Assembly (NCBI GenBank): GCA_964593885.1
Contig: CAZQKK010000001.1
Location: 425,929 to 489,928, forward strand
DNA: 64,000 nt
Direction: 5' to 3'
Origin: an uncultured Candidatus Saccharibacteria bacterium
GTDB taxonomy: Bacteria > Patescibacteriota > UBA1384 > CAILIB01
Shown here: piece after piece, positions 55,351-63,524 of the stretch
Layout: the number at the start of each line of letters is the position of its first letter
Numbering within the stretch: the first letter of the stretch is position 1
Notes under the pieces: model-generated
What the model was told of the DNA's origin: nothing
What the model saw: only the letters and a program-made list of their open reading frames with translations
Databases searched by the model: none
Program-made: the position numbers and the translations under genes

Positions 55351-56130
55351 ATGCATACACGAGAAAAGCTGATAGTTGGGAACTGGAAGATGAACACGGT
55401 GAGCTTGGCGGAAGCCGAGACTCTCGCTAGGGGAGTTTTGCACGGGGTTGAGCACATTGAGCGAATCACCACGGTGATCTGTCCCCCCACCATCTGGCTG
55501 GTGCCGCTTGCCCACGAGCTTCCTCAGCTTCCCCACTTCAAGTTGGGAGCCCAGAACGTCTACTCCGAGGAATCTGGTGCCTTTACCGGGGAGGCGTCTC
55601 CCCTGATGCTCAAGAAGCTGGTTGACTACGTCATCCTAGGGCACTCGGAGCGAACCCACATTTTCAGGGAAACCATCAGCATGGTGGCTGAAAAGGTTAC
55701 CTCTACCCTTGAGCACGGCTTCACGCCCATCTTGTGTGTGGGCGAAGATGAGCCCTCAGACCAACCTGCTGCCCACGTTGCCCAGCGCCTCAACCACCTG
55801 GTGAGTGAACTCACCCAAATGGAACTCGAGCAGCTGGTGGTAGCCTACGAGCCGGTTTGGGCAATTGGCAGTGGCACTCCAGCAACTCCGCAGTACGCTG
55901 AGACGGTGATGGCCGCCCTCAGGCACGTCACCACCCCAAAGACTCGCATCCTCTACGGCGGCAGCGTCAACGAGGAGAATGCTCCAGGCTTCCTGGCACT
56001 CCCAGACTGTGATGGGTTGCTCATTGGTGGTACCAGCCTCAAGCTGAAACCTTTCCTCACCATCTGCCAGCAGGCGGACGATGTAGCACAGGCTGCCGGT
56101 CACCTTTCGCTCCATCCTCACCACTCCTAA
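55351..56130 (+). CDS. tpiA: triosephosphate isomerase
   Basis: LIVGNWKMN, catalytic AYEPVWAIGSG, YGGSV motifs. Confidence 0.9.
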   Translation: MHTREKLIVGNWKMNTVSLAEAETLARGVLHGVEHIERITTVICPPTIWLVPLAHELPQLPHFKLGAQNVYSEESGAFTGEASPLMLKKLVDYVILGHSERTHIFRETISMVAEKVTSTLEHGFTPILCVGEDEPSDQPAAHVAQRLNHLVSELTQMELEQLVVAYEPVWAIGSGTPATPQYAETVMAALRHVTTPKTRILYGGSVNEENAPGFLALPDCDGLLIGGTSLKLKPFLTICQQADDVAQAAGHLSLHPHHS

Positions 56131-56139
56131 CCCATCCCT

Positions 56140-57282
56140 ATGAACAAGCTACGAGGCGCACAACTTTCCGGAAAGCGGGTTCTCTACCGTCCTGACTACA
56201 ACGTTCCCCTGAAGAACGGCCAGATTCACGATGAGTTCAGGATTACCGCAACCTACCCAACCCTGGATTTCCTGATGGAGCAGGGTGCGAAGATCATCAT
56301 TGTGAGCCACCTAGGGAGGCCCGATGGTCACGTCATGGAGGAGTTTAGCCTGAGGCCAGTGGCAGAGGCGCTTGCAAACCACTACAAGGGCAAGAGTAGG
56401 GTGCAGATGGCCAACCAGCTCTTCAATCCACAGGTGGACAGCACTATCGCCAACATGCAGGGTGGGGACATCTTAGTGCTACCAAACGTTAGGTTCTTTG
56501 AGGGTGAAGAGAGCAATAATGACGTCTTTGGCCACCAGCTCTCTGAGCTTGCCGATGTCTTTGTCCTCGATGCCTTCGCCTGTGCCCACCGCGCCCACGC
56601 TTCTATTGTCGCCCCGGCAAAGTACCTCCCTTCCTACGCAGGATTCTTGATGGAGAAAGAGTTGGAGCACCTCGGCTCAATTGTAAATGACCCAGTACAC
56701 CCGTTTGTGGTGATTATGGGAGGCGCCAAAGTTTCGGACAAGATTGAGATGATGAAACTCTTGGGTGAGAAAGCTGACACTATCCTGGTTGGTGGGGCAA
56801 TGGCAAACACCTTCCTCTTGGCTCAGGGTGAGCCTGTGGGAGACTCACTGGTAGAGAAGGAGAAGCGCTACGTTGCCGAGGAGCTCATGCATACCCTGGG
56901 CGCCAAGCTCTTCCTGGCACCTGACTACGTGAAGGACGGTGAAGGGGAGCACTTCAGGTACCTAGATATCGGGGAGAAGTCTATCGCCCAGTTTAAGGAG
57001 CGCATGGCAGACGCAAAACTCATCTTCTGGAACGGAAGCCTTGGGTACACCGAGGAAGCTCCCTACGACAAGGCAAGTAGAGAGATTGCTGAATTCCTGG
57101 CTGAGCGAACTAAGGATGGTGTTACCACCATTGTGGCCGGGGGAGACACGGTTGATATGATCACCCGCCTCAAGATGCACGACAAGCTGACCTTCGTCTC
57201 AACCGGAGGAGGCGCAGCCCTCGAGTTCCTCTCAGGAAAAGAGCTCCCTGGCGTTGCGGCACTCAATAACGCAACTGCTTAG
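56140..57282 (+). CDS. pgk: phosphoglycerate kinase
   Basis: RPDYNVPL, VSHLGRP, GGGA...GGDT motifs. Confidence 0.9.
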   Translation: MNKLRGAQLSGKRVLYRPDYNVPLKNGQIHDEFRITATYPTLDFLMEQGAKIIIVSHLGRPDGHVMEEFSLRPVAEALANHYKGKSRVQMANQLFNPQVDSTIANMQGGDILVLPNVRFFEGEESNNDVFGHQLSELADVFVLDAFACAHRAHASIVAPAKYLPSYAGFLMEKELEHLGSIVNDPVHPFVVIMGGAKVSDKIEMMKLLGEKADTILVGGAMANTFLLAQGEPVGDSLVEKEKRYVAEELMHTLGAKLFLAPDYVKDGEGEHFRYLDIGEKSIAQFKERMADAKLIFWNGSLGYTEEAPYDKASREIAEFLAERTKDGVTTIVAGGDTVDMITRLKMHDKLTFVSTGGGAALEFLSGKELPGVAALNNATA

Positions 57283-57288
57283 CGGCAA

Positions 57289-57318
57289 CAAAAAAAGTCT
57301 ATGCGTGTTGCATAGACT
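57289..57318 (-). terminator. hairpin AGTCTATGC-GTGTT-GCATAGACT with A7 (+) / T7 (-); terminator for the minus-strand hypothetical gene, possibly also a weak terminator for pgk
   Basis: 9-bp stem; T-run is on the minus strand. Confidence 0.6.
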
Positions 57319-57350
57319 TAGACATTTTCCTACTCAGCGCCCGATGCTGG

Positions 57351-57896
57351 TTAGGAGCCCGATACGCCGGCAAATTCCGGCTGAGAAGTGCTGCCTCGCA
57401 GTTGTTGCTGCGGGGGCTGCGCCTTTACCAGTGCCCGACTGGCGTTAAAGGTGCAGCTGAGGACGACGTTGCCCTTACCGTCCACCGTGAATGCATGTCC
57501 CTCGATGTCGTTTGCGTTTCGTTTGAATGCGAAGTAGCAGTTCTCCGCTGACCGGTTGTGGCCAGGGGGAGTGAATGGGCCGAAGTTGATCCTCGGCAGC
57601 AGATCGTGCTGCTTGATCTCGTCAAGGTTTCCGACCATGGTGGTCAAGAGGCGCTTGAGAGTAGCCTCGTCCTTGACGTTGCCCTGGATCTGAATGGACC
57701 CTTCGAGTGCGCGATTGCCGTGCATGAGAACCTGGGAGTGGCCAAAGCCATCTGGGTTCTCGCTGCTTTCGTACCTGCGAACTTTATCAGTGCTGATGTT
57801 GACTTCCTTTCGGAAAGCCAGACGACGGCCCGTGCCGTGTGATGCCTGTACCACTTGTGATGGCACAATGAAACTTGTGGTTTCTTTTTTACACAT
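57351..57896 (-). CDS. hypothetical cytoplasmic protein (181 aa)
   Basis: ORF with GGGGG SD-like sequence 10 nt upstream of the ATG and its own terminator; no recognised motif. Confidence 0.5.
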   Translation of the reverse strand: MCKKETTSFIVPSQVVQASHGTGRRLAFRKEVNISTDKVRRYESSENPDGFGHSQVLMHGNRALEGSIQIQGNVKDEATLKRLLTTMVGNLDEIKQHDLLPRINFGPFTPPGHNRSAENCYFAFKRNANDIEGHAFTVDGKGNVVLSCTFNASRALVKAQPPQQQLRGSTSQPEFAGVSGS

Positions 57897-58022
57897 GCGT
57901 TGTTAACCCCCTCATCCATGTGAGGTACTAGTTTTTCCTTCTCAGATGACACCAAAAAAGTAAAACTTGCTCCCAAATCTACCAGATTGAGTAAGGTGTG
58001 TAAATATGCTAGGCTAAAAAGC

Positions 58023-59201
58023 ATGAAAAACACTCCTTCAATCCAACGAAAAAACCTAGACCAGAGCCGAGTTCGGCTTACAGTCCCGGTTTTCAATGCT
58101 ACCTACCAGCCAGCTTTCCAGCGTGAGCTTGAAACCATCGCCAAAGACATTCGTATTGAAGGCTTTAGGCAGGGGAAGGCTCCCCTGAGCCAGGTTCTGG
58201 CCCAGGTAGGAAAGCAGCGGATTGAAGCAGGAGCTCTGGATAGGGCAATCAACACCGCCTACGTGGAGGCACTTGAGGCGGAGAAGATTCTCCCGGTTGC
58301 CAACCCAGAGATCACCCTGGATAGTTACGTCGCTCCGGGCGAAGATGCAGATGATGAGGTGGTGGTTGCAACTTTTACCGCAGAGATGGATGTGCTCCCA
58401 GAGGTAAACCTTAAGCACTACGATAGAATTAAGGTGAAGCAGCCGAAAGCTGTTGAGGTGACAGACAAGGACCTCCAGGAAGTGATTGACTACCTCCGCA
58501 AGCAGCAAGCATCTCTCAAAGAGCTAGAGCCTACCGTAAAGGCAGCCAAGGGCATGTGGGCAGACATTGGCTTTAAGGGGATGATTGATGGTGTTGCGCG
58601 TGAGGAAATGAACAGTGACCACCACCCATTGGTACTTGGCGAAGGTCAGCTGATCCCAGGTTTTGAAGACCAGATTTTTGGCATGGTGAAAGACGAAGAG
58701 AAAACCTTCAAGATTACCTTCCCTAAGGATTACCACGCTGCAGGACTTGCTGGAAAAGAGGCTGAGTTCACCGTGAAGATCCACGAGCTGCGAGACGTAG
58801 TCCTCCCAGTGGTAGACGGGGAGTTCTCCAAGAAGTTTGGTCACGAGAACGTTGAGAAGCTTGAGATGGCAATTAAGGAGAACCTGGTACTAGAGCGTGA
58901 GCAGGAGCGAAAACTGAAGCTTGAAGAGCTAGTCATGGAAGAGCTCCTCAAAGGTACCAAGTTTGAAGTGCCAGTTTCTCTCGTTACTGGGGAAGAGCAG
59001 CGTCTGCGTGAGCAGGCCAGCAAGCAGCTTGGGGGAGTGCCACTTTCAGATAAGCTTGCGGAGCAGCTCCACGAACAGGCGGTTAAGAATGTAAGAATTG
59101 GCATTGCTCTTGGTAAAGTTGTTGAGCTTGAGAAGATTGAAGAGCGTGAGACTGCAAGTAGAACCGCCCTTGATAGGTTAGTAGCAATTGCAACTAGGTA
59201 G
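58023..59201 (+). CDS. tig: trigger factor
   Basis: ribosome-binding N-domain (GFRQGKAP motif), PPIase-like and C-terminal domains; ATG at 58023 within ORF 57987..59201. Confidence 0.85.
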   Translation: MKNTPSIQRKNLDQSRVRLTVPVFNATYQPAFQRELETIAKDIRIEGFRQGKAPLSQVLAQVGKQRIEAGALDRAINTAYVEALEAEKILPVANPEITLDSYVAPGEDADDEVVVATFTAEMDVLPEVNLKHYDRIKVKQPKAVEVTDKDLQEVIDYLRKQQASLKELEPTVKAAKGMWADIGFKGMIDGVAREEMNSDHHPLVLGEGQLIPGFEDQIFGMVKDEEKTFKITFPKDYHAAGLAGKEAEFTVKIHELRDVVLPVVDGEFSKKFGHENVEKLEMAIKENLVLEREQERKLKLEELVMEELLKGTKFEVPVSLVTGEEQRLREQASKQLGGVPLSDKLAEQLHEQAVKNVRIGIALGKVVELEKIEERETASRTALDRLVAIATR

Positions 59202-59204
59202 CAT

Positions 59205-59798
59205 ATGTCATACCTCATCCCAACTGTCCTCGAGAAATCACCCTTTGGCGAGCGCGCCTACGATATCTACTCTCGTCTCCTCAAAGACAGGATTATTTTC
59301 CTGGGGGGAGCCATTGATAGCGAGGTGGCAAACCTCATCAACGCTCAGCTCCTCTTCCTAGAGAGTGAAGATCCAAAGAAAGACATTAGGCTCTACATCA
59401 ACAGCCCAGGCGGATCAGTGTACGCCGGACTCTCCATCTACGACACCATGAACCTGGTCAAGCCAGATGTGCAGACCATCTGCATTGGGATGGCGGCAAG
59501 CATGGGAGCAGTTCTTCTAAGTTCTGGTGCTAAAGGGAAGCGCTTCGTCCTACCAAACTCCCGGGTGATGATTCACCAGGTGCTTGGGGGAGCTGAAGGA
59601 CAAGCCTCAGATATTAAGATTCAGGCTGAGGAAATTTTGAGCCTCAAACAGCGGCTCAACGAGATCTTGGCACAGAACACCGGAAAGTCGGTTTCCCAGG
59701 TTGAGAAAGATACTGATAGAGACTACTACCTCAACGCCGCAGCCGCCAAGAAGTACGGGCTGGTTGATAGTATTATGGGGGACGTTACGAAGAAATAG
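59205..59798 (+). CDS. clpP: ATP-dependent Clp protease proteolytic subunit
   Basis: catalytic Ser context GMAASMGA, His (MIHQ), [11 protein letters not shown] motif. Confidence 0.9.
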   Translation: MSYLIPTVLEKSPFGERAYDIYSRLLKDRIIFLGGAIDSEVANLINAQLLFLESEDPKKDIRLYINSPGGSVYAGLSIYDTMNLVKPDVQTICIGMAASMGAVLLSSGAKGKRFVLPNSRVMIHQVLGGAEGQASDIKIQAEEILSLKQRLNEILAQNTGKSVSQVEKDTDRDYYLNAAAAKKYGLVDSIMGDVTKK

Positions 59799-59830
59799 TC
59801 ACTTCTCCGCACGGAAGACTATAGCGCTAC

Positions 59831-59863
59831 AAAAAAGAGCTCAGACGAATGTCTGAGCTTTTT
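59831..59863. terminator. bidirectional intrinsic terminator (A6-GAGCTCAGAC-GAAT-GTCTGAGCT-T4)
   Basis: between convergent clpP(+) and the beta-lactamase-family gene(-). Confidence 0.7.
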
Positions 59864-59878
59864 AGATGGAGGCACTCG

Positions 59879-61042
59879 CTAGTTACCCATCTGATTGAGT
59901 AGTGGGCAGAGCACCTGGTTGATGTAGTCCTGAGCCCAGTAGTTGTCCTTGGGCATGCCACCTGAGTTGAATACCACGGATATCAGCTGTCCGTTTGCAC
60001 GGTACATGATGGCTGCATTGCAACCTTCAAGGCTGCCACCGTGCTGGAGGGTGTAGCCACCGTTTGACTCAACAGTCACGCTGAACCCAAGTCCAGTGTA
60101 GTTGCGAGACCCTCTGGCGTATGCCGGAGGAATCACCACTTGAGCCTGGAGTTCAGCACTTATCAGCTTTGGCAGCGCCTGCTGGAATTGGATGAGTGCG
60201 CGAGCACTCATCACCCATCCACCAGATGAGTCCATCTCCCCAAGGGTATAACACCCATAGGGGAAAGGTACTCGCTTTAGGTTGTCGCCCGGGTAGAGTG
60301 ACATGCCCACCCTGCCTGGCAGATCCCAGTAGCGGGTTTCTCCTTCACGAAGGTTCTTGCTGTGGCCAACGTAGGCCTCAGTAGCGGAGATCCCAGCCGG
60401 AGCCAGAATTGCCGCCCGGACGTAGTCCTCGTAGCCCCTGCCGGAGACTTTCTCGATGATCTTTCCAAGGATACGAAATCCAATGTTGGAGTACGAGAAG
60501 CGGGTTCCAGGTGTTGAGACGAGGGATTCTTTCTCAAAGGCAAGTAGTACTTGGATATCCTTTGGGATCGGAAGTGGGGTGCCATACCGTTTTGAGGTTG
60601 TGACCTGTTCGTTGAGGAACGTGTCACTTCCCCAACCACCAGTGTGCTGGAGTAGGTGCCTCACCGTAACGGTGCGCATCTCTGCTTGCCTTGGCTTGAT
60701 TGGGTGCTCGCGGTCCTTGTTGAGGATATCGAGGACGAAATCGTCAAGATTCAGCTTGCCATCTCGCACGAGGCAGAGAACGGCGGTGGTGGTATACGTC
60801 TTGGAAACGCTGGCCACCCGGTTTGGAGTGGTGGCGAGGAAGGGATCTCCCTTCTCGTTTCGTACCCCAAATGGGACGGTGACGGTATCAGAACCGTTGG
60901 TAACGATGAGCGCTCCGCCATGTGCGCCCTTACTCTGGGCGTACTGGCGGAAGGATGATTCGATGGCCGATGTCTCAGCCGGGGAGAACCCCGTGTGTGG
61001 GAGACCGACCATTGCAATGAACGCAAGGGCAGATGTAATCAT
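59879..61042 (-). CDS. secreted serine hydrolase of the beta-lactamase/class C PBP family
   Basis: signal peptide; SxxK motif (VASVSKTYTT), YxN-like and HGG-like (LQHGGSLEG) regions. Confidence 0.8.
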   Translation of the reverse strand: MITSALAFIAMVGLPHTGFSPAETSAIESSFRQYAQSKGAHGGALIVTNGSDTVTVPFGVRNEKGDPFLATTPNRVASVSKTYTTTAVLCLVRDGKLNLDDFVLDILNKDREHPIKPRQAEMRTVTVRHLLQHTGGWGSDTFLNEQVTTSKRYGTPLPIPKDIQVLLAFEKESLVSTPGTRFSYSNIGFRILGKIIEKVSGRGYEDYVRAAILAPAGISATEAYVGHSKNLREGETRYWDLPGRVGMSLYPGDNLKRVPFPYGCYTLGEMDSSGGWVMSARALIQFQQALPKLISAELQAQVVIPPAYARGSRNYTGLGFSVTVESNGGYTLQHGGSLEGCNAAIMYRANGQLISVVFNSGGMPKDNYWAQDYINQVLCPLLNQMGN

Positions 61043-61155
61043 AAGAACCTCAGATTGTCAGGCCTCTTTCGCGGGGTGCGGAAAAGGGAGCAAAATCTGC
61101 GGTGATAGTAGGGTATTTGCCCCCAAAAAGCAAGCAGGAGTACACTAAGTACATG

Positions 61156-61668
61156 AAAGCTACAGGAACGTACAGTACCGAGAGTTTGCGTAAGGTGGTT
61201 ACCGTTACCATCTGCGTATTTGCCATGACAACAATGTTTGCTCACACCTTCCCAACACTCATTGGTTTTTCTTCCTTGAGAAAGCTTACCGATGCAAGCC
61301 TGCAAACCCTGGGAATTCACGAAAAGTGGAGGATGTTTACCTCAAAAGACACGTCAGCAGTACCACTCAAAATGGAGCTCATCTACACCAGTGGAAAGAC
61401 ACAAACGGTGGTGCTACGAGCAGAAAGGGTGAGCTTTTCGAGGAGTGCTGAGAATCGTTTCAGTGAAACGGTCCTCTGGAATACGTTCTCGCCTCTTACG
61501 GGGTCTTTCCTTGAGGCAAGCTGCAAACGGTACACGAGTACTAATGATCGGCTGGTAAGTGCATCGCTCAACCAGGCAACCATCATGCTTCCCTCATCTC
61601 TTACCGCAAGTGAAAGCAAGATGCCTCTGCAGTACAAGCAGGTTAGGAACCTCCAATGTCCCAAATAG
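61156..61668 (+). CDS. hypothetical exported protein, candidate SdpA-like partner of the downstream HTTM protein
   Basis: ATG at 61156 within ORF 61102..61668; N-terminal hydrophobic segment VVTVTICVFAMTTMFAHT; overlaps the HTTM-1 gene start by 13 nt; SdpA-like call is by genomic context only. Confidence 0.45.
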   Translation, partial: KATGTYSTESLRKVVTVTICVFAMTTMFAHTFPTLIGFSSLRKLTDASLQTLGIHEKWRMFTSKDTSAVPLKMELIYTSGKTQTVVLRAERVSFSRSAENRFSETVLWNTFSPLTGSFLEASCKRYTSTNDRLVSASLNQATIMLPSSLTASESKMPLQYKQVRNLQCPK

Positions 61669-62576
61669 TCGAAAACATTCGTGGTTCACTGGCAAAGCTG
61701 CTCAACGAGGCATTCTTTTCGCCTTTTAAGGAAAACCAACTTAGGCTTTTCAGGGGAGCGGTTGGAGTTGCCCTGATTATTACCTCACTCTCTTGGGTCC
61801 AATCTTTCAGATGGTTTTTCGCCCCAGACGGGTACGTTCCGCTTTCGCTGGCGCCAAGCCTTGGGAAGTACACGGTAAGCTGGCTCCACCTTTTCAACTA
61901 CGAGGCGCTCTCGGGTTTGCCTTTCCTCTATGCTGGCTACCTCCTCATGCTAGTTGCTGCAGGTTTCCTCGTTATTGGGAAGTACGAGAAATATGCAGCT
62001 CCTGTAGCCTACATTCTCTTACTTAGCTTCCTGGGACGAAACCCAGCATTGAGCTATGGCGGCACCGATGTGCTCCAGTTCTTGCTCCTAGCGGTAGTTC
62101 TCCTCAGCCTCCCCGGCAAGAAGCAGGCTGAAAAGTGGCCGATTGTCCTGGTTCAGTTCCAGTTTGCCGTTCTCTACCTATCGGCAGCAATCAGTAAGAT
62201 GCAGGTTCCCGAGTGGTTTAACGGCACCAAGATGTTCTTTGGGATGTCAGATCCAACCTTTTCCTACATCAACCCAAACTTTCTCCTAAGCGTACCGGCA
62301 CTCCTTGCCTTCATCACGTGGTACGGGTTCATGTCAGAGATTGGCTTCACCTTCCTCATTTGGTCAAAGGGTACGAGGAGGTTTGCACTGGCTATGGTAG
62401 TACTCCTGCACGTTGGGATTGCGCTGACCATGAACGTACACCTATTCAGTGAGGTGATGCTCCTAGGCTTTACCGCACTCTTAACTGAAAGTGAATCAAC
62501 GTGGCTACTTGAGCGACTTCGCGCAGCGAAAACCGGTGTAGTTTCTGTTGTACGAAGGTCCAAGCGCAAGGTCTAG
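61656..62576 (+). CDS. HTTM-domain (vitamin-K-dependent gamma-carboxylase-like / SdpB-like) polytopic membrane protein, copy 1
   Basis: 306 aa, about 8 TM helices; conserved C-terminal block FTFLIWSKGTRRFALAMVVLLHVGIALTMNVHLFSEVML; paralogous to the partial ORF at 63521..64000. Confidence 0.75.
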   Translation: MSQIVENIRGSLAKLLNEAFFSPFKENQLRLFRGAVGVALIITSLSWVQSFRWFFAPDGYVPLSLAPSLGKYTVSWLHLFNYEALSGLPFLYAGYLLMLVAAGFLVIGKYEKYAAPVAYILLLSFLGRNPALSYGGTDVLQFLLLAVVLLSLPGKKQAEKWPIVLVQFQFAVLYLSAAISKMQVPEWFNGTKMFFGMSDPTFSYINPNFLLSVPALLAFITWYGFMSEIGFTFLIWSKGTRRFALAMVVLLHVGIALTMNVHLFSEVMLLGFTALLTESESTWLLERLRAAKTGVVSVVRRSKRKV

Positions 62577-63524
62577 CGAGTAGATTCCTGAGTTTTCGTT
62601 GTTTGCCCAGGCGCCACCCCGCGTAACCGCCTTGAATGGTGAGGTTGGGGTAATGAGATTGTTGTATTCCCAAGACCAACCTGGGTTGAGTGATATTTTG
62701 CCAATGCCGTTTACTGAGGTAAGGGTGCTATCAGGGAGCTGGCTACCATCCATCTTGCCATAGTCTTTCACCTCGTTGTATTCAATCCAGCGGGTCTTTG
62801 TGATGGGGAAAGTTGCCTTGATGCCGTTACCGGTAAGGCCGTCAGAGTCAATTTCAAACGTTTCTCCAGTACCGGTTTTCTCTTCAAAAATGTAGGGATC
62901 TGACATCCACTCCCAGAGGTTTCCAGTGAGGTCCCAGAGTACCTCGCCGTTACTGAGGACGGTAGTGCGTGAGAGGCTGCGGCTTGGTTCACCCGGAACG
63001 TAGGGGGTAACCCAGTTTCCGGCGGTGCCTGTGTAGCTGAGGTTGCTCCTCAGTGAGCATGAGGCGTTTTCTGGGGTATCAAGACCAGAAGAGAGGTTGC
63101 ACTTGGCAAGAGATGGTGAGACATCAGGAACAGCCTGTACAAACTTTTGCCCAGCTGTGTTGCCATTGGTGAGCTGGGGGCCGGGTTCGCTGCTGAGGTC
63201 ATTGATGGGAGTTTTCAAGATGTCAGCCGCAATGGTCATCCACTCACTGCTACTGAGGAGGTGGTAGCCAGTCCCAAGGTCTGCGCAGGCTTGTTTCGCC
63301 CCAGGTGAGGTTTGGAAATTCCAGGGGAAATCGCCCAGTTTGCTGACGGGGAGACCTGAAGGACTCTTTTGAGCTTCAGTTCGCATAACGCAGAAGCCTC
63401 CTCCTGGCACCTCAATGTAGCCCTCTGGGCATCCGGTAGTATCTGGTTGAGGCCTCGTTGCCAACCACCCAGCCGTCACAGCAACTAGGATGAGGAAGAG
63501 GAGGTTGCTTTGCTTGCCAGTCAT
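62505..63524 (-). CDS. membrane-anchored formylglycine-generating-enzyme (FGE/SUMF1) family protein
   Basis: N-terminal signal-anchor; FGE-sulfatase domain hallmarks GNLWEWMSDPY, RGGAWANNENSG, GFRCAK; ATG overlaps the stop of the upstream HTTM gene (ATGA). Confidence 0.8.
   Translation of the reverse strand: MTGKQSNLLFLILVAVTAGWLATRPQPDTTGCPEGYIEVPGGGFCVMRTEAQKSPSGLPVSKLGDFPWNFQTSPGAKQACADLGTGYHLLSSSEWMTIAADILKTPINDLSSEPGPQLTNGNTAGQKFVQAVPDVSPSLAKCNLSSGLDTPENASCSLRSNLSYTGTAGNWVTPYVPGEPSRSLSRTTVLSNGEVLWDLTGNLWEWMSDPYIFEEKTGTGETFEIDSDGLTGNGIKATFPITKTRWIEYNEVKDYGKMDGSQLPDSTLTSVNGIGKISLNPGWSWEYNNLITPTSPFKAVTRGGAWANNENSGIYSLDLALGPSYNRNYTGFRCAKSLK

Noticed and set aside
61039-61320. 93-aa minus-strand ORF overlapping the beta-lactamase start and the SdpA-like gene
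   Set aside because: Antisense to two better-supported genes; Cys/His-rich shadow-frame composition.
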